IMG/VR virus record: IMGVR_UViG_3300033121_001133
Span: 73,380-137,379 of that record
Length of the DNA stretch: 64,000 nucleotides
Direction: 5' to 3' (one strand)
Source of the DNA: a virus
Lineage: Duplodnaviria > Caudoviricetes
The notes below the pieces were generated by a model. It did no database searches. It saw nothing but the letters and a program-made list of their open reading frames with translations, and was not told the DNA's origin. Of the stretch, positions 38,116 to 48,307 are shown one piece after another. Within the stretch, counting starts at the first letter, position 1. Every line of letters starts with the position of its first letter. The position numbers and the translations under genes are program-made.

Positions 38116-39431
38116 GTATGAATAAACCAGTTCTTCTTTTGATGTGTCCGTGTAGTACAGTTTCTGGCTATGGGGCAAGAAGTAGAGATATTGCCTTAGC
38201 CCTAATACAATCGGGGACGTATGACGTCAAGATCTGGAGTACTCGATGGGGTAATACTCCGATGAATGCTCTAGATCCCTCTAACAGCAAGCATAGGCTG
38301 ATCATAGACAGACTGCTAACAGAGCCTACCTTGAAAAGCCAACCTGAGGTGTTCGTCCAGATAACAGTTCCGAACGAGTTTCAGAAGCTAGGTAAGTTCA
38401 ACATAGGCATAACTGCAGGCATAGAGACAACCCTGGCCTCAGCTCCTTGGATCGAGGGGTGTAATAGAATGGACCTAGTGCTAACCTCTTCTGAGCATTC
38501 TAAGAAAGTGCTACAAGAGACTGTGTGGACGGAGACCAACCAACAACAACAACCTATACGGGATGTTAAGCTGACTACTCCTATAGAGGTGCTGTTTGAG
38601 GGTGTGGATTTGGAGGTGTACCATAAGACTGCCCAGATACCAGCCTCAGTACAGGAGCAAATGAAGCAAGTCAAAGAGAAGAGTGCCTTCCTATTTGTAG
38701 GTCACTGGCTTAATGGTGAGTTAGGGCAAGATAGAAAGAACGTAGGACTGTTAATTCGCTGCTTCATTGAGGCATTTAAGAACAAGACTTCCTACAATCA
38801 GCCAGCGCTAATTCTAAAGACTTCGCACGCTGATTTTAGTCCTGTTGATCGTGCCAACCTTCTGAAGAAGATTAAGCGAGTGATTGAAACGGTGCCTGAT
38901 CTGAAGTTCACTCCACCAATATATCTGCTGCACGGTGACTTAACGGATCAGGAGATGAATTCTCTGTATAATCACCCTAAGATCAAGGCTCATATAACCC
39001 TAACCAAGGGGGAAGGTTATGGGAGACCGCTTGCCGAAGCTAGCCTATCCGAGAAAATCGTGATTGCACCAAACTGGTCCGGGCTAATAGACTTCATTAA
39101 GCATGGAGTACTGCTACCAGGTAACCTAACCCAGGTTCATCCGTCCGCGGCATGGGATCAAGTTATCCTGAGAGAGTCTCAGTGGATGTCAGTCGCTCCA
39201 GATCAAGCAATCGCGGCGATGAGGGATGTGATTGATAATCCCGAGAAGTATCAACCTCTTGCCAAGAAGCAGGCTTCCCTAATCAAGGATCAGTTTAGCT
39301 ATCAAGCAATGGCAGACAGGCTATCTAGTATACTTAAACAATATGTCCCAGAGTTTGCTCAGCTGGTACCGCTAAAGCTGCCACAACTAGGCAATCAGCT
39401 TCCTAAACTACAACCACTGAAGCCACAATGA
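38112..39431 (+). CDS. GT-B (GT4-like) glycosyltransferase
   Basis: SGYG..SRD, FLFVGHW, DRKN, LYNHPK, KGEGYGRPLAEA. Confidence 0.88.
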   Translation: MSMNKPVLLLMCPCSTVSGYGARSRDIALALIQSGTYDVKIWSTRWGNTPMNALDPSNSKHRLIIDRLLTEPTLKSQPEVFVQITVPNEFQKLGKFNIGITAGIETTLASAPWIEGCNRMDLVLTSSEHSKKVLQETVWTETNQQQQPIRDVKLTTPIEVLFEGVDLEVYHKTAQIPASVQEQMKQVKEKSAFLFVGHWLNGELGQDRKNVGLLIRCFIEAFKNKTSYNQPALILKTSHADFSPVDRANLLKKIKRVIETVPDLKFTPPIYLLHGDLTDQEMNSLYNHPKIKAHITLTKGEGYGRPLAEASLSEKIVIAPNWSGLIDFIKHGVLLPGNLTQVHPSAAWDQVILRESQWMSVAPDQAIAAMRDVIDNPEKYQPLAKKQASLIKDQFSYQAMADRLSSILKQYVPEFAQLVPLKLPQLGNQLPKLQPLKPQ

Positions 39432-39649
39432 TCACATTCTTCATAACCACCTACACTAGCTTTTCCCATAACGTGGTAATTGCCTACCTATCGTCCAACG
39501 ACGCGCAGTACACCTACGACGTTATTCAAACGGAGCAGTGCTACTCGCGATTCAGAGTGACTGCTTCCAATCAGCTCTTTCTAACTCTTCGGGACCTTAA
39601 CAATCAAAAAGACGGAGTATCATTTACACTTGAGTATGGAGCCAACTAA
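39428..39649 (+). CDS. Hypothetical protein
   Basis: ATGA overlap with the upstream GT; 73 aa. Confidence 0.45.
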   Translation: MITFFITTYTSFSHNVVIAYLSSNDAQYTYDVIQTEQCYSRFRVTASNQLFLTLRDLNNQKDGVSFTLEYGAN

Positions 39650-40118
39650 GATTACCTGCCCCCACTGTCAGCAGCCAAACTGCTTTAAGGAGACAACTCC
39701 CCATCGGGATCAGCATGCTGAGAGTTTTATGTGCCTAGATTGTGGTTACACTTCTACTTCTCTTAATCTGGAGGATTCGCCGATCGTCAGGCAGTATGAG
39801 GAGACTGCTCCAGAGCTGTTCAAACTTCTGCGTTGGATTGATCCGCAAACTAAGCTAGTCTGGTATCCGATCGTACTAAACTTCCCATCATTTGGTATGA
39901 TCTTTCCGGACGGTACTAGTGTGGAGAACTGGCAGTGGATGTCAGCTCCCGCTGTGGACATTCCATTTAACGATCAGAAGAAGTATCCCATTCCAGGAGC
40001 TCCGAACAAGTATTACACCAAGAGAGTGGATTTGAAGAAGGGGAAGTACTTTCCTCCCGATCAATTCTACCAAGCAGCCAAGTTTATTGGATTTGTGCAA
40101 TCAGACACCAACCCTTAA
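39636..40118 (+). CDS. Hypothetical zinc-binding protein
   Basis: CPHC...CLDCGY. Confidence 0.55.
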   Translation: MEPTKITCPHCQQPNCFKETTPHRDQHAESFMCLDCGYTSTSLNLEDSPIVRQYEETAPELFKLLRWIDPQTKLVWYPIVLNFPSFGMIFPDGTSVENWQWMSAPAVDIPFNDQKKYPIPGAPNKYYTKRVDLKKGKYFPPDQFYQAAKFIGFVQSDTNP

Positions 40119-40121
40119 GCG

Positions 40122-40769
40122 ATGCCTAGTATCAGTTATGCAATTACGGTGTGTGATGAGGTAGAGGAGGTCATAAGGTTGATTAAGCAGTTGCGTGCAC
40201 ATTTAGTTTGGCAGCAACGCCCCCACGACGAGATAGTTGTGTTGTGGGATTGTGCCAAGGGAGGTAAGCGGATGCAGTCTTTACTTGAGAGATTTGAGAG
40301 GAATGGAGCCATCAAACTGGCTAAGGATAAGTTCCAAGGTCATTTTGGAGACTGGAAGAACAAGCTAACCAGTCACTGTTCGGGAGACTATATTTTTCAG
40401 ATCGATGCTGACGAATTTCCTACGAACACCTTAATTGATTGCCTACCCTCTCTATTAGAGAGTAATCCTGGCATTGAAGTGTACCTTGTCCCTAGAATCA
40501 ACATGGTTGAGGGCATAACTCCGCACCACATAGAGAAGTGGGCCTGGAAAGTTAGTCCTGAAGGGTGGGTTAATTTTCCCGACTACCAGTGGCGGATATA
40601 CAAGAATAAGCCGTATATTAGGTGGGTCAACAAGGTGCATGAGCGGCTGGATGGATTTAAGACTTTCGCAGTACTTCCACCACAAGAGAGCTACTGCTTA
40701 CACCACCCCAAGACAATAGAGAGACAGGAAAGACAAAACGCACTGTATGATACCTACCAAGCTACCTGA
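40122..40769 (+). CDS. GT-A (GT2-like) glycosyltransferase
   Basis: ISYAITVC.E, DYIFQIDADE (DxD), PDYQ.R, VHE. Confidence 0.85.
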   Translation: MPSISYAITVCDEVEEVIRLIKQLRAHLVWQQRPHDEIVVLWDCAKGGKRMQSLLERFERNGAIKLAKDKFQGHFGDWKNKLTSHCSGDYIFQIDADEFPTNTLIDCLPSLLESNPGIEVYLVPRINMVEGITPHHIEKWAWKVSPEGWVNFPDYQWRIYKNKPYIRWVNKVHERLDGFKTFAVLPPQESYCLHHPKTIERQERQNALYDTYQAT

Positions 40770-41775
40770 GATCTCTGAATCTCCTTCTATACCAGAACTG
40801 AAGATAGCCTTCCTTACTGAGATGGACTTTGTGGGTCAAGTACCCTATGACCATCCTAATATGCGCACTGAGTTTGCTTGGATGCATGCCCTAGGCGCCG
40901 ATCACATCCCCATCAGGAAGTGGACTATGATAGGAGGTTATGATCACGTGTTTGTGATCTTCCCTAAAGGTAAGGTGTTCCTATCTGCAGAAGGTACTCA
41001 GCTAGTGGATGACACTAACCCAGTTAGTGACCTACTTGCAGATCAAATCATACCAAATCTCAAGCAACGTAATAAGAAGGTGCATTATGTGCAGGAAGGC
41101 CCCTCGTGGTGGTTCACCAACTATAACCTCACCGATCAGGTCAACTTCTACAATATGATCACTCATTGTGATACGATCTTCACGCACAATCGGGCTGATA
41201 TCCAGTACTTCAAGGGGCTATTCCCCGCTCACCCTGTCCATGTGATTTCAACCCTGATGATTGACTCTCTGATTGCAGATGTCAAGCCTCTTAGGTTAGA
41301 CAAGGCAATCATTGGAGGTAATATGTCTAGGTGGTATGGGGGGTTTGAAAGCATGGTAGTGGCTCAAGAGTTTAAGGTGCCAATATCAGTTCAAACTTCT
41401 CATGCAACTCGCCCAGGTGAGGACCAATTGGTGATGCCAATCCCCCGATTGCAGTGGGTGGACTGGATCAAGAAGCTGAGCGAGTTCAAGTACGCAGTGC
41501 ACATGATGCCTACTGTGGCAGCTGGTACATTTGCATTGAACTGTGCCTACCTCGGCATTCCTTGCATTGGCAACAAGCTAGTAGATACCCAGGAAGATTG
41601 CTTTCCTCGCCTATCCGTAGATGTACACGACATACAGAAAGCGTGTACATTGGCTAGGGATCTTAAAGAGGATCCGGACTTCTACGAGGAATGTAGTCAG
41701 TACGCTAAGAAGGCCTATCAAAGGCACTTCTCACTTGAGTTCTTCTTGGAGGCAATGCACTATCAACTAGCATGA
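40747..41775 (+). CDS. Putative GT-B glycosyltransferase
   Basis: AGTFALNCAYLGIPCIG C-terminal GT-B-like signature; island context. Confidence 0.6.
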   Translation: MIPTKLPEISESPSIPELKIAFLTEMDFVGQVPYDHPNMRTEFAWMHALGADHIPIRKWTMIGGYDHVFVIFPKGKVFLSAEGTQLVDDTNPVSDLLADQIIPNLKQRNKKVHYVQEGPSWWFTNYNLTDQVNFYNMITHCDTIFTHNRADIQYFKGLFPAHPVHVISTLMIDSLIADVKPLRLDKAIIGGNMSRWYGGFESMVVAQEFKVPISVQTSHATRPGEDQLVMPIPRLQWVDWIKKLSEFKYAVHMMPTVAAGTFALNCAYLGIPCIGNKLVDTQEDCFPRLSVDVHDIQKACTLARDLKEDPDFYEECSQYAKKAYQRHFSLEFFLEAMHYQLA

Positions 41776-42437
41776 GCAACATCACCGCAGTAATAACTTC
41801 CTGTGGTAGGTTTGATTTGCTGGGTATGACCATCAGCAGTCTAGTGAGACATGCTGATCTGGAATTTGAGCGGATCATTGTGGTTGACAACTCTACCCTT
41901 CCAGATTTAGAAGATCAAATTAGCAAGATAGCAATTCAAGTCAACAAACAGCTCCACCTACTAGCCAACCCCATCAACATAGGACAAGTTGCAGCGATTG
42001 ATCTTGCCTACTCCTATGTAGAGACCGACTACATTTTCCACTGTGAGGATGACTGGGAGTTCTTTGATACTGGGTTCCTAACGCAGTCTAAACAACTACT
42101 AGAAGATGTTGACAACATAATCAACGTCAACCTACGTATTCGCTTCGATGGAGAGAAAGGCAGCATGCATCCAATATCGGAGCTGAGGATGTCTCCTAAT
42201 GGAGTACCTTATCACCAATACCAACTAAACTACCTAGGAGCTTGGCATGGGTTCTCATGGAATCCAGGTCTAAGGCGCAGGAGAGACTACGACCTGATCA
42301 AACCATATAAGCAGTATGGTGAGGAATCCCGAGTAGGGCAGAAGTATAAAGAGTTAGGCTTCGTTGCCGCATGCCTTGAAAAGTCGTATTGTAAGCACAT
42401 AGGCACTCACAGCTCTACACCCCTATCCAATCAATAG
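41772..42437 (+). CDS. GT-A (GT2-like) glycosyltransferase
   Basis: VITSCGR.DLL, YIFHCEDDW, FSWNPGLRR, HIG. Confidence 0.8.
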   Translation: MSNITAVITSCGRFDLLGMTISSLVRHADLEFERIIVVDNSTLPDLEDQISKIAIQVNKQLHLLANPINIGQVAAIDLAYSYVETDYIFHCEDDWEFFDTGFLTQSKQLLEDVDNIINVNLRIRFDGEKGSMHPISELRMSPNGVPYHQYQLNYLGAWHGFSWNPGLRRRRDYDLIKPYKQYGEESRVGQKYKELGFVAACLEKSYCKHIGTHSSTPLSNQ

Positions 42438-42441
42438 AATA

Positions 42442-43395
42442 ATGGCAAAAGACAGAGTACTAATTACTGGCGGAAGCGGCTTCTTGGGAAGGAACTTAGC
42501 AATTAAACTCAAGGAGCAGTATGATGTATACTTGGGAGCTCGAAACAACAAGCAGAATTTCAATGCTCAGGGACTAACTGGGGTCAGTGTACTTCCTATG
42601 GATGTATCCAGTATGGAATCTACACGCGATGCTATTAGGTCTATCAGGCCTAATGTTATCATCCATGCTGCAGCTACTAAGTTCGTCGATCTATCAGAGA
42701 AGTTTCCACTGGAGACAATCGATGTCAACGTTGTTGGCTCTGAGAACGTAGCACGTGCCGCAATGGATTATGGCGTTGATGTTGTGATTGGCATTTCAAC
42801 TGATAAGGCATGCCCTCCAATTCGGAACATCTACGGACTATCTAAGGCAACCATGGAGAGGATGTTCTGCTTGCTTGATGGTAAGACCAGGACCAAGTTT
42901 GCTTGTGTGCGTTATGGAAATGTAGCATGGTCTACAGGCTCAGTTCTCCCAATCTGGAAGAAGATGCAGCAAGAGGGTAAGGTAATTGGCACTACGGGGC
43001 CAGATATGCGTCGATTCTTCTTCACCGTAGATGATGCAGTACAGCTAGTAGAGACTGCAATCAACAATATCAACACAATCAGGGGTCAGATACTGTCACG
43101 CAATATGAAAGCTGCGTTGATTAGGGATTTGCTTAATGTCTGGGTAGAGGAGTTTGGTGGTGAATGGGCTTTGATCGAAGGACGTCCAGGTGAGCGGAAT
43201 GATGAGTACCTGGTGGGGGAGACTGAGCTGGAGTACTGTCGTGTACTAGACTTCAAAGGAGTGCAGCACTTCTTGATTAGTCCTAACACCAAGGTAGATA
43301 AACCATTTCCTTACGTGTTCACCTCTAGGGAGGCTACTAAGCTAACTAGGCAAGAGATGGTTGCTATCATAAAAGCACAACCGGACACTCTATGA
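42442..43395 (+). CDS. NDP-sugar 4,6-dehydratase (CapD/PseB-like SDR)
   Basis: ITGGSGFLG, HAAA.K.V, ISTDKA..P..YGLSK, RYGNV..S.GSV, M.RFF. Confidence 0.88.
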   Translation: MAKDRVLITGGSGFLGRNLAIKLKEQYDVYLGARNNKQNFNAQGLTGVSVLPMDVSSMESTRDAIRSIRPNVIIHAAATKFVDLSEKFPLETIDVNVVGSENVARAAMDYGVDVVIGISTDKACPPIRNIYGLSKATMERMFCLLDGKTRTKFACVRYGNVAWSTGSVLPIWKKMQQEGKVIGTTGPDMRRFFFTVDDAVQLVETAINNINTIRGQILSRNMKAALIRDLLNVWVEEFGGEWALIEGRPGERNDEYLVGETELEYCRVLDFKGVQHFLISPNTKVDKPFPYVFTSREATKLTRQEMVAIIKAQPDTL

Positions 43396-44090
43396 CATTC
43401 AGGCACGCTCTAATACTAGCTGCTGGGCGAGGGGAAAGGATGATGCCTCTAACTGCCAACAAACCAAAGGCTTTGGTGACGTTAGGCAACAAACCCCTAA
43501 TTCAGTATACCATCGATACCCTTCGCAAGCAGGGAGTAGAGCGGATCTATGTCACTTATGGGTGGCAGGGTAAGATGCTGGTTGACTATCTACACAATAA
43601 GGTAGAGGGTTTGATCAACACTACCAATCAAGATAATGCTGGGTTCCTTTCAACTAGTGTGCTGCAGTATGTGGATGCCCCGATGCTGGTTTGTCCTTGT
43701 GATTTGACATTCGACATAGATCTCGCAGCCCTAAAGTTGGAGCATACCCTAGCTGTTAAGCGTCCAATTTACCTTATACCAGTACAAGCTTCTAAGAACG
43801 CTGACTTCATTCACACCGGTGACTTTCTCGCAGTCACCGATATCACTAGGGAACGGAAATCCGAGTTATGTGCCAGTGGTATACAGATCATCAACCCCTT
43901 GATGCTAAACCAGTGGATTCACCCTCCCTCCAACTTCTATGGTGTGTGGACCAACTTAATTAAGCTAGGAGGTTTGGGTGTCACTACTACCACACCTTCT
44001 AACTGGAGTTCGTATGACAGTGAGGAGGATGTATTTAGATGGCACTACCCCACTGATCCCCAGGATGTGTGGCCTTCAACACCTCAGTGA
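43392..44090 (+). CDS. Sugar-phosphate nucleotidyltransferase
   Basis: ILAAGRGERMMPLT..KPKAL...NKPLI. Confidence 0.85.
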   Translation: MTFRHALILAAGRGERMMPLTANKPKALVTLGNKPLIQYTIDTLRKQGVERIYVTYGWQGKMLVDYLHNKVEGLINTTNQDNAGFLSTSVLQYVDAPMLVCPCDLTFDIDLAALKLEHTLAVKRPIYLIPVQASKNADFIHTGDFLAVTDITRERKSELCASGIQIINPLMLNQWIHPPSNFYGVWTNLIKLGGLGVTTTTPSNWSSYDSEEDVFRWHYPTDPQDVWPSTPQ

Positions 44091-44917
44091 TGGAAAAGCT
44101 ATCGATCCGCGATCAACTGTTCCATCACGCTTATTCCACCAGCAATTGGTTTAAGCCAATAGAGTTTGAGTGGGATTTCGTTAATCTACACAACGACTTC
44201 GTGTTCCTAACAGATCAGAATGTCTTTCAAGTAAGCGATCCGGAACTCAAGGATTACAGGAAGTACGCTTGGTTAGTTGAGTCTCCGGTGATCACACCCA
44301 AGTCTTATCAATTTGTAGCACAGAATCCTACCCTATTTGATAAGATCTTTACTCACAGTGAGGAGCTGTTGAAGCATGCTCACGCGCACCTTGTACCAAT
44401 AGGGGGCTGCCACCTCGATCAAGCTGATATTAGCCTAGACCACACCAAGACCAAGCTGGTCTCAATGATGTACTCTAACAAGAATTCAGTAGATGGACAC
44501 AATCTACGTCACCAAATAGCCAACACACCAGGCATCAATCAACTAGTAGATCTGATGGGTAGTGGGGTGGATGGTAGGCATGTTAAGAAGATTGAGTCTT
44601 GCAGAGACTATGCCTTTTCGGTAGTGATAGAGAACTGCAAGCAAGGATACTACTTCACGGAGAAGATTGTGGATTGCTTCCTAACAGGTACAATTCCAAT
44701 TTACTGGGGCACTTCCTACATTGGTCAGTTCTTCAATGCACGAGGATTTCTAACCTTCAGTACAGCAGACCAGCTTATTAAGGCACTGGGAGATCGCGAG
44801 CGGTTAGCTGAGTTCTATAATGACCATCACGACGATGTTATTGAGAACTTTCGTTTAGCTCATCAATATAAGGTGGGTGATGACTACCTCTACAAACACT
44901 TCAGACAGATACTATGA
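44090..44917 (+). CDS. GT10 (alpha-1,3-fucosyltransferase-like) glycosyltransferase
   Basis: YAFSVVIEN....YFTEKIVDCF..GTIPIYWG motif. Confidence 0.8.
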   Translation: MEKLSIRDQLFHHAYSTSNWFKPIEFEWDFVNLHNDFVFLTDQNVFQVSDPELKDYRKYAWLVESPVITPKSYQFVAQNPTLFDKIFTHSEELLKHAHAHLVPIGGCHLDQADISLDHTKTKLVSMMYSNKNSVDGHNLRHQIANTPGINQLVDLMGSGVDGRHVKKIESCRDYAFSVVIENCKQGYYFTEKIVDCFLTGTIPIYWGTSYIGQFFNARGFLTFSTADQLIKALGDRERLAEFYNDHHDDVIENFRLAHQYKVGDDYLYKHFRQIL

Positions 44918-45666
44918 AGATTGCTCTGTGCATATCAGGTCAGCCTAGAGGATTAGATCACAACATTCCTCGCCTACTAGAGGGGTTAGTTTGGCCAAGC
45001 AAGATTAAGGACATCTTCATCCACACCTGGTTTGATCAGAGCTTGGTAGGTGTGCCTTTCTCTTCCGCTCAACCCAACCAAACAGGTAAGGTTGGAGTGT
45101 GGGCCGCCGACACCATTGAGTTACTGAAGAGCCTCAATCCGATTCGATTGGAGGTGGAGTATCCTAAGTTATTTGAGGAGTTCAGTCACCTACCCAATCT
45201 CCCATCTGCTATACAGACGCAACTTGCCTCTAACACATATTCTGTGTATAGGGCCAACAGACTGAAATGTGAGCATGAGCATGTTACTGGCACTAAGTAC
45301 GACTTAGTAATACGAGCTCGTATAGATTGTGCGTACAGTGAGCCCTATGATATCACTAAGTACTTGGATCCTAAGTGGGATACTGAGGATGTGCTACACG
45401 TACCCTACAAATTCCAGCACATGAGGATGGATGATTCCTATCCATTGCTAGGAGGCGGTACATATAGCTCGATGTCAGACACGTTTGCTTACGGTCGATC
45501 TGAGGTTGTCGATAAGTTCTGTTCAGTCTACCCTCAATTTGAGAATATACATCACCACATTGTACCCTATCAGTATGGTGAGTGCTTCTTTGGCTACCAG
45601 ACTAGGTACCGCCACAAGATCAGGATCAGCATGCAACCCATAGAGTACCAACTAGTGCGAGGATGA
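44914..45666 (+). CDS. Putative glycosyltransferase-like protein (KIALCISGQPR family)
   Basis: KIALCISGQPR, FIHTW, YDLVIRARID, SD.FAYG; such ORFs are usually found in glycan loci. Confidence 0.55.
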   Translation: MKIALCISGQPRGLDHNIPRLLEGLVWPSKIKDIFIHTWFDQSLVGVPFSSAQPNQTGKVGVWAADTIELLKSLNPIRLEVEYPKLFEEFSHLPNLPSAIQTQLASNTYSVYRANRLKCEHEHVTGTKYDLVIRARIDCAYSEPYDITKYLDPKWDTEDVLHVPYKFQHMRMDDSYPLLGGGTYSSMSDTFAYGRSEVVDKFCSVYPQFENIHHHIVPYQYGECFFGYQTRYRHKIRISMQPIEYQLVRG

Positions 45667-46403
45667 ACATACTATTTCCTATAGCAGGACAGGGATCTAG
45701 ATTCAAAGCTGGGGGTTACCAGGTACCCAAGCCGCTGGTACTGGTTAATGGTACTACCCTACTAGAGCACTCCATAAAGACTTTGGGATTGGATGGACAT
45801 TACATCTTTGTAACGTTACGATATCCCAATGCTCGGTTCAACAATACAATCAGGCAGATCATAGACCGTAGTTGCCCTTCCTATAGCATCGTGGAGCTTG
45901 AGGCCCCAACTCAAGGGGCAGCTCAAACTTGCTTAGCTGCTTCACATCTGATAGATAACGCTACTCCATTAGTAGTCACTAACTGCGATCAGTATCTTAG
46001 ATGGGACCCCAACCAACTAATCAAGGAGATTCAGCTACACGATCCCGATGCATGTGTCAGTTTATACGACCACCAGGATATTGAGCTAGATAAGCCCAGT
46101 AAGTATGCTTTTGTGGAGCTAGATGACAAAGGCTATGCAGTTCGGTTTTGTGAAAAGTACGCTATCTCACCCAATGCGTTAAATGGAATCCACTATTGGA
46201 AGTCTGGGGAATTATTCGTAAGTTACGTAGCGCTGATGATGGCCAATAATATCAGAGTCAATGGAGAGTACTATATTTCACCTTCCCTTAATCTCCTAAT
46301 CAATGCTGGAGGACGAATCACTACTTTCAAGATGGAACCCGGCCAATACTTCTCGTTAGGAAGTCCACAAGAAATAAACAACAACAAACAACACATAAAC
46401 TAG
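45663..46403 (+). CDS. Nucleotidyltransferase-like capsule-biosynthesis protein
   Basis: FPIAGQGSRF...GY..PKPL, T.GAA.T, NCDQ, GIHYW, RVNGEYYISP. Confidence 0.8.
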   Translation: MNILFPIAGQGSRFKAGGYQVPKPLVLVNGTTLLEHSIKTLGLDGHYIFVTLRYPNARFNNTIRQIIDRSCPSYSIVELEAPTQGAAQTCLAASHLIDNATPLVVTNCDQYLRWDPNQLIKEIQLHDPDACVSLYDHQDIELDKPSKYAFVELDDKGYAVRFCEKYAISPNALNGIHYWKSGELFVSYVALMMANNIRVNGEYYISPSLNLLINAGGRITTFKMEPGQYFSLGSPQEINNNKQHIN

Positions 46404-46411
46404 AGTTCAAT

Positions 46412-47023
46412 ATGGAGAGTGCTAAGGATAAGTTACAGCGGGTTTGCTATGACATCGTGCAAGGTAAACCTGTGGTAGTTGTAGATGATTACGATAGGGA
46501 ATATGAGGGAGATATTGTACTCTCGGCCGAGAAGGCCACAGCTGAGAATCTGATCTTCTGCATGCGTCACGCAAAGGGTCTAATGTGTATACCCTTGCTG
46601 CAAGATACTTGCGATCGCTTGGAGATCCCAATGATGCACTCCAATAAGAACGACAAGTATGGAACCCCCTTTGCGTCCTCTATTGATGCAATTGAAGGAG
46701 CTACTACAGGAATGTCTGTGCACGACCGCCTCAAGACCATCTCCATCGTGGTAAATGATAAGTCTCAACCTAATGAGCTAGCCCAACCGGGTCATATGTT
46801 CCCATTGCGAGCACGACCAGGACTTTTGAAAGAGCGAAGAGGCCATACCGAAGCTTCAATCGAGTTGATGAAGGCCAGCAACCTCAAACCAATAGCAGTA
46901 ATCGTAGAGATTATGAATGAGGATGGCACTATGATCAAAGGTGAAAAATTGGAGCAATTTGCGAAGATCTACAATCTGAATATGATATCAGTAGAGGAGA
47001 TCCATGACGCAGTTTATCAATAG
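46412..47023 (+). CDS. ribB: 3,4-dihydroxy-2-butanone-4-phosphate synthase
   Basis: VVDDYDREYEGD, GLMC, TTGMSVHDR, PGHMFPL, RRGHTEAS, EIMNEDGTM. Confidence 0.93.
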   Translation: MESAKDKLQRVCYDIVQGKPVVVVDDYDREYEGDIVLSAEKATAENLIFCMRHAKGLMCIPLLQDTCDRLEIPMMHSNKNDKYGTPFASSIDAIEGATTGMSVHDRLKTISIVVNDKSQPNELAQPGHMFPLRARPGLLKERRGHTEASIELMKASNLKPIAVIVEIMNEDGTMIKGEKLEQFAKIYNLNMISVEEIHDAVYQ

Positions 47024-47963
47024 AGCATACAATACTCTTAAGATCAGGCCTGACAATCCGGCTGTGATTACTAAGAGAAGCTGCGATAGTAGGCTTAGGG
47101 ATGAGATTGCCTACTATCGCAGCCTCCCTCCTCAGCAAGCAATCTACTTTCCTAGGATAGTGGAAGGTGGTCAGGGGGAGAGTGTAGAGTTTGAGTTGAC
47201 AATGGAATACTATGCCTATGACAATCTAGGCAACCTAATGATCAACCAACAACCTAACCCCGATCTCTGGGCAAAGGTGTTCAACTTCATAGCATCATTC
47301 TCCCACCAGGATGAACAGAGGCCTCCTGATCCTGCTAGCTGTGGGAAGATGTTCATTCAGAAGACAGAGATCGAGTACCATAAATTGATCAACAACTTCG
47401 AGTTTTTCCGTCAGTTTGATCGGACTGAATCAGTGATCACTCTCAATCAGGAACCTCTCTACAGTTTTGACATGATTTGGCCTACGATTCGGCGGTTCCT
47501 ACGGGACGAATGTCTGAGCGAGCCTCTTCGTATCATACACGGAGACCTATGCTTCAGCAACATACTGTATGGTCAGAATCCAATCAGCGGAGATGTAATA
47601 TTGAAGTTCATCGATCCGCGCGGGTCTTTTGGTGATCAGACCATATATGGGGATCCTTATTACGATCTCGCAAAGCTACTACACTCTTGTGACGGAGGTT
47701 ATGAGTACTTCATTACAGATAACTTTCAACTTACCCAACGAGGTAGTGACTTCTGGTTGGTTTATGGCAACAACAACGGAGCTCAGATTGCTGATATCTT
47801 CACCCAGACCCTTGACCTATCCTACAACACCAAGAAGATTTTAGCACTGCAGGGACTAATCTTCATCGGTATGTGCGCAAGGCACTACGATTCACTAGAA
47901 AGGCAGAAGGCTATGTTTCTGACTGGACTACGCATTCTAAACACAGTAGCTTCTACCTTATGA
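47004..47963 (+). CDS. APH/choline-kinase-fold sugar kinase (capsule-biosynthesis type)
   Basis: RAYN, EIAYY, MEYY, IHGDLCFSNIL, IDPRG.FG, GDPYYDLAKL.HS. Confidence 0.8.
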   Translation: MTQFINRAYNTLKIRPDNPAVITKRSCDSRLRDEIAYYRSLPPQQAIYFPRIVEGGQGESVEFELTMEYYAYDNLGNLMINQQPNPDLWAKVFNFIASFSHQDEQRPPDPASCGKMFIQKTEIEYHKLINNFEFFRQFDRTESVITLNQEPLYSFDMIWPTIRRFLRDECLSEPLRIIHGDLCFSNILYGQNPISGDVILKFIDPRGSFGDQTIYGDPYYDLAKLLHSCDGGYEYFITDNFQLTQRGSDFWLVYGNNNGAQIADIFTQTLDLSYNTKKILALQGLIFIGMCARHYDSLERQKAMFLTGLRILNTVASTL

Positions 47964-48307
47964 GATTCTGCTTCGATCTAGACAATACCCTGTGTGAGCT
48001 TAAGCAGGAAGGTCAAAGCTACAGTCAGCTAGACCCAAAGCCAGGTGCTGTTAGGTATTTGCAGAAACTTGCACAAAAAGGTCACTACATCATTATCTAC
48101 ACAGCCCGTCACATGGCAACCTGTGGTGGTAACCTAGGTCGAATCACAGCTCTTCAAGCACCAGCTACCATTGCCTGGCTAGCCAAACACCAAATACCGT
48201 ATGATGAATTGCTATTTGGAAAACCGCTGGCAGATTACTATATTGACGATAAAGCAATCGCCTTCACTGACTTCTCTACTCTTGAACAACACCTACCTCT
48301 AACATGA
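47960..48307 (+). CDS. HAD-family phosphatase (EcbF/BcbF capsule-biosynthesis type)
   Basis: FDLDNTLC, IYTAR, WL.KH.IPYDEL.FGKP, YIDDKA. Confidence 0.85.
   Translation: MRFCFDLDNTLCELKQEGQSYSQLDPKPGAVRYLQKLAQKGHYIIIYTARHMATCGGNLGRITALQAPATIAWLAKHQIPYDELLFGKPLADYYIDDKAIAFTDFSTLEQHLPLT

Noticed and set aside
46412-47023. ribB as a riboflavin auxiliary metabolic gene
   Set aside because: No other rib genes are in the window and it overlaps a sugar kinase gene; not excluded, but a glycan role fits the context better
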